Assembly (NCBI GenBank): GCA_038046625.1
Contig: JBBSVV010000032.1
Location: forward strand, 1-23,064
Length of the DNA: 23,064 bases
From: an archaeon
Lineage (GTDB): Archaea; Iainarchaeota; Iainarchaeia; Iainarchaeales; Iainarchaeaceae
Direction of reading: 5' to 3'
Of this stretch, positions 17,301 to 23,064 are shown piece by piece. The notes beneath the pieces are model-generated. The model saw only the letters and a program-made list of their open reading frames with translations, did no database searches and was not told where the DNA came from. Made by a program: the position numbers and the translations under genes. Every line of letters begins with the position of its first letter. Positions within the stretch are counted from its first letter, which is position 1.

Positions 17301-18047
17301 CGCCTCGAGATACCTGCCGTAAACGATTTTCTTTTCCTTTGGCGGCGAGAGCCTTATTATTCCGGTTATTCTTGTCCTGTCCCCCGGCGCGGCTTTATTC
17401 ACGTTGTCATCGCTCACGTAAATGTCGAGGTTGATTGCCTGTTCGCTTCCCTTTATTGCTTCAAGCGGTTCCTGTATCTGTATTTTCTGGTAATCGACAA
17501 AATCGCTTGTTTCCTCATCAAGGTTGAATGTCCTGTTCTTGCATTCGCTGCACATTGAAGGCGTCTTGGGCAACAGGTTCTTGGTCTGCGGAACCTTGTA
17601 GGTTGCGTCACAGCGCGTGCAGTGCCAGGTCGCGGACTTTAATTTCGGCAGCACGTCCGTGACCTGCCTTATTACGCCCTCGACGCTGATGAGTTTTCCT
17701 ATGTGCGAGGAACTGATGTCCATGAGAAGCGGCTGTTTTTCTTCGGGCAGGTTGAATACGCGTATGTGCGGGGAAAAATCCTCGACCTCGAGCATTGGGA
17801 CATCAATGTTCTTGATTGCTAATTGTGCCGCCTCGAGGCAGACGTCAGGATTAACCAGCAGTTCGTCCGCGAGCTCGAAATCATAGTGCTCGAGTTCCTT
17901 GAAATCGACAAAGAGGCTTCTTTTTTGTGGGTATTCACCCACGAGGCGCTCTATATCTTTCATGCACCTGTTCTTCAGGAACAATTCGAATTTCTCGACA
18001 AAGGGATTGTCCTCGCGCACCTTCTCCTCGTACATGCTTTTCCCCAC
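14358..18047 (-). CDS. mcm: MCM replicative helicase, intein-containing
   Basis: Zn finger CTRC/CSEC, Walker A GDPGMAKS, Walker B VDEFDKM, AAANP, SRFDL Arg finger, RQLEG, C-terminal wHTH. Start GTG 18047 or ATG 18035. Confidence 0.96.
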   Translation of the reverse strand: MGKSMYEEKVREDNPFVEKFELFLKNRCMKDIERLVGEYPQKRSLFVDFKELEHYDFELADELLVNPDVCLEAAQLAIKNIDVPMLEVEDFSPHIRVFNLPEEKQPLLMDISSSHIGKLISVEGVIRQVTDVLPKLKSATWHCTRCDATYKVPQTKNLLPKTPSMCSECKNRTFNLDEETSDFVDYQKIQIQEPLEAIKGSEQAINLDIYVSDDNVNKAAPGDRTRITGIIRLSPPKEKKIVYGRYLEAIHIEETAKEFEEVEISKEEEEEIIKLAKRDDVYEQLIQSIAPHIYGHEIMKESIALQLFGGVKKLLPNAQQVRGNIHILLVGDPGMAKSAILKATDAIAPKSIYVAGKSASGAGLSATAVKDEFGEGGWTLKAGALVLASGGMVMVDEFDKMEPEDRSAMHEALEQQSYHKDFEIMLADGSTKKIGELVDTLMEENGGKIIDGKDCQILPVENIEVLSTDFKEMFSVKADRVSRHIAPSHFIEVTYSNGRKITVTPEHPLYIFGEHGFEEVAAEKAEPGVVAPGVGIYETKKAPVQLDSNVEMTRKQLELPASMNPSVGRLLGYVASEGHSYISHENRYAEIGVSNTDPEILRDMESAFTSSFHGRLNTSIAKAERREKATKDLTTIRMASKPLYRFFEKNFTEILAKARQKRAPNKIKQAELETIKNFLQAAFSGDGFVDSERIGYATASYGLACDYQDMLLQIGVFSYIATEQRGPYHKVVVSGTQNMEKFRQIVVSPTDRRKEKIGKFILRSGNRESSRRLLPPQIVRQINGILKEIGISGGYFFSHAKKNHNAEANTVLKYLSKAQNKLDSAEKALGSEDPREIRKASHISLNDISQRMGLSPSAITYIERNRSSKHGELLETAEKMAREKIFALGKKVQSIAGLIDSPIKFLEITEIKKIENKDSKWVYDVTIEPTHTFISAGVVLHNTVSVAKAGIIAKFKADTTVLAAANPKYSRFDPYQPFIEQINLPATLISRFDLFFMIRDVLDRTKDQEIADHIIKSHRAGEMNLQRLKKGGGKKSVELEKLEELITPKISGELLKKFISYARQKIFPIMTDESMKEISDFYIALRDQGRKEGAYAATHRQLEGIIRLSEASARVRLSDAVERNDVERAIRLVKTSLQDLVTDPETGKIDIDIITSGQTHTTLSNLKKILGLIREKAKEVDMISIEEIIGEAKTLGIEKDKARDLLEKLHKAGDIYSPKNGFYKPQDSK
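15222..16799 (-). mobile_element. 526-aa intein with LAGLIDADG homing endonuclease in MCM
   Basis: Inserted at HEALEQQ|TVSVAKAG; begins SYHKDFEIMLADG, block B TVTPEHP, LLGYVASEG and FLQAAFSGDG endonuclease motifs, ends VYDVTIEPTHTF...VLHN, +1 Thr. Confidence 0.93.
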
Positions 18048-18081
18048 TAAACACTGTTTTTTCGGCCTTTAAAAACGCTCT

Positions 18082-18323
18082 GAGGGCTGGTTGCCGCTGC
18101 GCGCAATCCTTTCGCCGGTTCGCCCTATATAGCGGGTGCAAGGGGAGCGACAGCCCCTGCTTTGCAGGGCCTTGGTCCCGCAACAGCGGGACAATAACTA
18201 TCGCACCGCGAGCCAGCGGCTGGAAAGCACCCCACCTTCACCCCCCTTAGGGGCTCGATAGGTCTTGCTTGCGCAACACAGCCTCTGAAGCAGTTGTTCT
18301 CTGATTGTCTTAGATTCGGCTTG
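18082..18323 (+). ncRNA. Structured intergenic element C (unknown family)
   Basis: Enclosing stem GGCTG-GTTGC...GCAAC-A-CAGCC; module M1 (18108-18150); hairpins CCCTGC/GCAGGG and GTCCCGC/GCGGGAC; CTATCG/CGATAG; GATTCGGCTTG shared with A. Confidence 0.6.
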
Positions 18324-18587
18324 TCCCACCAAGAATAAGCCAAAACCCGTTATTGGATTCGCATTGGGTAATTTTCTATAACAAGTACCCCTCTGAACTA
18401 ATTAAGGGCTCTTCCTTAGGTTTCGGAACTTTTTTGCGGAAAAAAATCAGGAAACTGAATCAGGGGCGCATAAGTTTTGGTTTTCATGCCTGCTGTGAGA
18501 ACGCATCCACTATGTTTTTTCCCAGGCACTTTTTGCGGGAAAAACCAATTATATTCCTTTCAGCATTTTTGTTGCGGCCCAGTTGCC

Positions 18588-18656
18588 TTTAAATAAATTC
18601 TAAGGTTCTATTATAATGAATATATATTAAATTCTATTAACTCTGCAGAGGTGAAG
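18588..18656 (+). promoter_or_regulatory. AT-rich promoter region and GAGGTGA RBS for metG
   Basis: TTTAAATA, TTATAA and TATATATTAA boxes, then GAGGTGA 7 nt before ATG 18662. Confidence 0.55.
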
Positions 18657-18661
18657 CGGCT

Positions 18662-20834
18662 ATGAGCGGAAAAGGCAAGTTCTATATTACAACTGCAATT
18701 GATTACCCCAACTCTAAGCCCCATCTTCGGCCACGCTTACGAGAAAACTGTTGCTGATTGCCTCGCGCGCTGGCACCGCTTGAAGGGCGAGGATGTTTTT
18801 TTCCTCACGGGGACGGATGAGCACGGCAAGAAAATCCAGGATGCCGCGGAAAAAGCGGGCAAGGAGCCGAAGCCTTTTGTTGATGCGCAGGTGAAGTCCT
18901 TCAAGGAACTCTGCGCCAAATGGGGCATTTCCTATGATAATTTCATCCGCACCACAGATGGAAAGCATGAAATGATTTGCCAAACCATTTTCCAGCGCGT
19001 GCTCGAAAAGGGCGACATTTATTTGGGCGAGTATGAAGGCCTTTACTGCAACGGGTGCGAAAGGTTTTACCTTGAAAAGGAGCTTGACTCGGGCCTCTGC
19101 CCCGTGCACAGGACAAGGCCGGCTCTTTTGAAGGAGGAGAGCTATTTTTTCAAAATGAACAATTATGCCTCGAAGTGGCTTGAGTTTGTCGAAAAAAACC
19201 CTGAATTCATTTTTCCCCTGCGCAGGCGCCAGGAAATAATCAACCGCGTTCAGGAAGGCCTGCGGGATTTGAGCGTTTCACGTACCAGTTTTCACTGGGG
19301 AATCCCGCTGAAAAACAATCCGGCGCACGTGATTTACGTTTGGTTTGACGCGCTCCTCAATTACCTTTCCGGAATAGATTACTCTTCGGAGAAATCAAAA
19401 AAATTCTGGCCCGCCGACATGCACGTAATCGGGAAGGACATACTGTGGTTTCATTCCGTAATCTGGCCGATAATGCTTTTCTCCGCGGGAATAGAGCCGC
19501 CGAAGAAAATTTTTGTGCATGGCTTCATCAATGACGCGTACGGCGAAAAAATGTCGAAATCCATTGGAAACGTAATCGACCCGATTGAGCTTGTTGAAAA
19601 GTACGGTGCGGATTCCGCGCGCTACTACCTTCTCCGAGAGATTCCGATGGGTGAGGACGGCAATTTCTCGGTTGCGGCAATGGTTGAACGCCATAACTCC
19701 GAGCTCGCGAATTCTTTGGGGAATTTGCTGCAGCGCACTCTAACCCTTACCGAAACAAGGCTCAACGGAACGGTTCCGAAGGCAAAAACGAGTGAGGCAC
19801 TTGTGAAGCAGCTCAATCTGGAAAAAATCGGCTCCTATATGGAGCGGCTTGAGGTTCATAATGCCTTGGCGGAAATTTTTTCTTTCGTGACGGCTTGTAA
19901 CCGCTTCGTGAACGGGAAGGAGCCGTGGAAGCTCAAGGGAAAAGCTTTGGAGGAAACGCTTTACTCTCTTTTGGACTCGCTGCGCATTATTGCAATCCTC
20001 GTTTCCCCGTTCATGCCGGGCTCGGCGGAAAAAATTTCTGCGCAATTGAACGTTCCCCTCGGCTCTTTGAATGATGCAAAATTCAATCTTCTCAAGGCAG
20101 GGGTGAAAATCGGCAAAAAGGACATTCTGTTCCAAAAGCTCGAGGCCCCGAAGGAGGAGGTGCGCGAGGGGAAGGCGCGCAGCATAGGGGTTTCAATCGA
20201 GCCGAAACTCAAAGAGCTGGATTTGAAGCTTGCCGTCGCCATAATAGAGAATGTCCGCGTTAAGAAGAAGCACGAAGGCCTGGACAAGAAAGCGAGGGAA
20301 GCCGTGAAGGCAATAAATCTGGGCGAGATTGAAAAGAGCCCCGTGATAAAGGGCTATTTGGAGCTGTATGACGCCTTGAAGGTGAAGCGCGGGAAGCACG
20401 CGGTCGCGAACTTGGTTGAGATTTCCGCGCAGTCGGGAAAATTGCCGACAATAAACACCGTGGTTGATTCTTACAATTTGGTTTCGATAAAAAAGGCTTT
20501 GATTGTCGGCGCGCATGATTTGGACAAGGTTTCCGGAAATGTCCGCGTGAAGATTGCGGATGGCTCCGGGCTTTACATTCCTCTCGGGCAAAGCGAAGCG
20601 ATGGAGGTTCCGAAGGGCGAGTACGTTTTTGCGGATGATAAGGTTGTTTTGTGCCGCATGGACGTGAAGCAAGGGGAGCACACGAAGGTGACAAACGAAA
20701 CGAAAAACGTTTTCCTTTACGTGCAGGGCAACAGGTACACGCCGCAGAAATACATTGATGACGCTTTGGAGGAAATCTGCGGGAACATTGTGAAGTATTG
20801 CGGCGGCTCGTGGCGGAAAGTTAAGGTCGAGTGA
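18662..20834 (+). CDS. metG: Methionyl-tRNA synthetase with C-terminal B3/B4 domain; +1 frameshift near 18725-18729
   Basis: ATG 18662 gives MSGKGKFYITTAIDYPNSKPHL, then +1 frame GHAYE; GTDEHG, YVWFDAL, GKDILWFH, KMSKS. The last ~210 aa are B3/B4-like. Confidence 0.9.
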
Positions 20835-20869
20835 AGGATTTAAATATTTCGGCGCTGTCTATTTTTTTT

Positions 20870-21487
20870 ATGCCTCCTTCAAGGCCTCATAGGGTAATTT
20901 ATTTCGATGACCACATTAGGCATCAACTTCCAGTCGGGTGGAATGCCGGGCGGATTGAAATGCCGCGCAGAGGAGGATCTACTTTTGCTTTTACCGCCCC
21001 TGTAAATAAGTTTGGCGTGTTCAGGTTCAGGGTAAATGCTGTCGGGAAAATTCTTCCCGAGACACTAATGAGGGTGAGGCATGTAGGCCGAGAAGGAAAG
21101 TATAGTGCCTGGGAACTCGAGCCGGTAAATGTTCTTGAAAGAAAGATGGCCAAGTCAGTTCTTGAGAAGCAAATGCCTTGGCTCAGGGCGCGCAAAGTCA
21201 AGAAAGTTGGCGCACTTGTTAATGGGCAAAAAGTTTTTGTGCCTGCGAATTGGAAGAACACGATGGGTGACACCTGGGAAACCAAGATGCGCTTTTTGGG
21301 GCGTGATGTTTGGGTGCAGTTCACCTTCAACCGGGACATGGATATAGACCAGATTACTTTCCAGTATGATATTCTTGAAAGGGGCGAAAAAACCGGCCAC
21401 GGCTTCGGCGTTAAGCATGATGAAGAGGCGGTTGCTGAAATGATTCGAACGCTCACTTCAGAAGTGGAAGTAAAAAGAATTAGTTAG
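20870..21487 (+). CDS. Hypothetical protein
   Basis: 205-aa ORF from ATG 20870, with TTTAAATA box 23 nt upstream; no recognised motif. Confidence 0.65.
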   Translation: MPPSRPHRVIYFDDHIRHQLPVGWNAGRIEMPRRGGSTFAFTAPVNKFGVFRFRVNAVGKILPETLMRVRHVGREGKYSAWELEPVNVLERKMAKSVLEKQMPWLRARKVKKVGALVNGQKVFVPANWKNTMGDTWETKMRFLGRDVWVQFTFNRDMDIDQITFQYDILERGEKTGHGFGVKHDEEAVAEMIRTLTSEVEVKRIS

Positions 21488-21889
21488 TCACGCTTTCTTT
21501 GTGCTCGTGATGCGGATGTTGCTGCCCCACTTTATGTATTCGACTTCGACCCCTCCGCTCAGGCCCTGTATGTCCTTCGGCTTCGGCAAATCATAACTCT
21601 TGTAATCCTGCAAATCCATTATTTGCACGGTTTCGCCCATTACCGCAACGACTTGTGCGCGGCCCTTCTCAATGATTGGAACCTCGGCATCGTCATCCGT
21701 GGGCTTCATGAGGCTTTTTTTGGAGTCCTTGAAGATTCCCATTGCGGTTACCTTTATTTTGGCCGCTCCGTGCTTTCCGGGCTTGGATTTTTCCGCGTCC
21801 TTCACCTGGCAGGGTTCATTGTCAATGAGCACATAAGACCCCGGCTTTAATGTTCCCGAGGGCTGGAATTTTTTTTCGCCGTCCGCCAA
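21488..21889 (-). CDS. eif5a: Translation factor aIF-5A
   Basis: Hypusine motif KSKPGKHGAAK, VQIMDLQDY; TTG start with GTGA RBS. Confidence 0.95.
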   Translation of the reverse strand: MADGEKKFQPSGTLKPGSYVLIDNEPCQVKDAEKSKPGKHGAAKIKVTAMGIFKDSKKSLMKPTDDDAEVPIIEKGRAQVVAVMGETVQIMDLQDYKSYDLPKPKDIQGLSGGVEVEYIKWGSNIRITSTKKA

Positions 21890-22073
21890 ATCGAATCACT
21901 CTATTGAAATAATTTGGTTCAGTTTAAATAGCTTTCCGAGAAGTTGCGGGGGTTGCGTGGCATAAAGGCGGCCGATAAAGGTTTTTTTGCCCCTGAAAGG
22001 GGTTTGTCAAAAGTTATAAATAAAGCGAACCTTATATTTAGTAGGTTCTTGTGCTGCCTGGAAGTGTCTGTTT

Positions 22074-22568
22074 TTGAATCTCCCCGTAGGAGAAGTCATA
22101 AGCAGGGGCGTTAACCTCAAGGATGTGGATGCCAAAAGGCTCATTGAGAGCTTTTATGACAAGAAGTTTTCCGGCTACCTAGTGGCTACGCTTAGGGGTT
22201 ATGACGGCCTCGAGGAAGGGGTTCTGCTGTTCAAGGAAGGTTCGCTGGCGGCATCGCTTTTCGAGTACGATTTTTACGGGGTAACGATTTTCGGGGATGC
22301 CGCGATTCCGCAGGTTTTTAATTCTTTTGCGGCAACCTACGTTGTAGCGGATGTAGTTTATTTGAGCAACCAGCAGGTTGATTTGGTAACTGCTTTCAAC
22401 GACAAGAGCAGGCTCACAAAAGAAATCAAAAAAAGCGATGTGGGCCGGCTGATTCCGAACGCTTATTCGGCAGATTTCGCGAAGCAGACCCTCAGCCAAG
22501 TGGTTGATAAAAAGGAGTCAAAGAAGGACATTTTCAAGAAGCTCGGCCTCGGTGGTCTGGGCGGTTAA
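22074..22568 (+). CDS. DUF2226-like protein
   Basis: MNLPVG...FSGYL...EEGVLLFKEG pattern and C-terminal 'IFKKLGL' (recognised from memory). Confidence 0.6.
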   Translation: MNLPVGEVISRGVNLKDVDAKRLIESFYDKKFSGYLVATLRGYDGLEEGVLLFKEGSLAASLFEYDFYGVTIFGDAAIPQVFNSFAATYVVADVVYLSNQQVDLVTAFNDKSRLTKEIKKSDVGRLIPNAYSADFAKQTLSQVVDKKESKKDIFKKLGLGGLGG

Positions 22569-22573
22569 TTTTT

Positions 22574-23035
22574 ATGTTCAACGGGACAAGGAGCATGCTG
22601 AAAAAGATTGCCTCGGTGATTTTCGACATCGATGATACGGTGAAGCCGGTCGCGCACCTGAAGCTGTTGGAGGATTACGCTGGAAAATTCAACTTCGAAA
22701 CAAAAACAACGGATGTTGCCGAGCTTTTGAAGGTGCTGAAAAAAAAGCATTTGGTTGATGAGATTGTTGTTTCAACCATGAACGGCAGTTCTATAGTTTC
22801 AACGAACGGCAACGCGGTTTCCGATGCCGTTACTGGCGCCGCGCTGTTCAATTACATCCAGTCCGAGCTCCCGAAAAGCAGGAGCGTTTTGATTCAGAGC
22901 AACGGCTGGTACATGCTTTTCCCGCATCTCAACAAGCTCTACATTGTCAGGGCGGCCGCGAACCTTGCCGGCGTTGAATTGAAGGCACTTGCAAAGGAAA
23001 TAGATTCATTTCTGGTTGCAAGGGATGTCAATTGA
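22574..23035 (+). CDS. Hypothetical protein, C-terminal part possibly roadblock/longin-like
   Basis: 153-aa ORF 5 nt after the previous gene; 'EIVVSTMNGSSIVS' resembles the beta-hairpin of roadblock folds. Confidence 0.6.
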   Translation: MFNGTRSMLKKIASVIFDIDDTVKPVAHLKLLEDYAGKFNFETKTTDVAELLKVLKKKHLVDEIVVSTMNGSSIVSTNGNAVSDAVTGAALFNYIQSELPKSRSVLIQSNGWYMLFPHLNKLYIVRAAANLAGVELKALAKEIDSFLVARDVN

Positions 23036-23064
23036 GCAACCCAACCCCGTAGGGGGTTCCGTTG

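Noticed and set aside
18082..18330. RNase P RNA call for element C (GGGTGCAAGG, GGAAAGC, CGGCTT fragments)
   Set aside because: The fragments are out of canonical order and no proper GAGGAAAGUCC/P4 pairing can be built; the same fragments recur in A and B. cmscan would settle it.
18699..18728. ORF-track start of MetRS (MITPTLSPIF)
   Set aside because: Would lack the first Rossmann strand and the first His of HIGH; the true N-terminus is in another frame from 18662.

Overview
Chromosomal segment of an archaeon, most likely a DPANN lineage such as Diapherotrites/Iainarchaeota (inferred from gene content, GGTGA-type ribosome-binding sites and TTG starts). The left edge is an AT-rich island border: a small antitoxin-like ORF and an internally deleted integrase remnant abutting the 3' end of tRNA-Cys(GCA). 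The rest is mostly housekeeping: two HAD phosphatases, Mre11, ADP-forming acetyl-CoA synthetase alpha, a Cys-repeat membrane protein, the aIF2beta-DUF424-aIF1A-RIO1-KH-top6B-top6A cluster, DedA/VTT, a presenilin-like protease, YggS, MCM with a 526-aa LAGLIDADG intein, MetRS, aIF5A and a DUF2226-like gene. The most unusual signals are: (1) three GC-rich intergenic elements (5565-5753, 10758-10917, 18082-18323) built from shared, shuffled modules whose differences are largely compensatory base-pair changes, a candidate undescribed structured-RNA family, with G-U pairs favouring the + strand, antisense to adjacent genes; (2) a MetRS fused to a C-terminal B3/B4 editing-type domain and broken by a +1 frameshift (CTT-CGG-C) inside its HIGH motif; (3) a separate ~45-bp palindromic MITE-like repeat in three copies.
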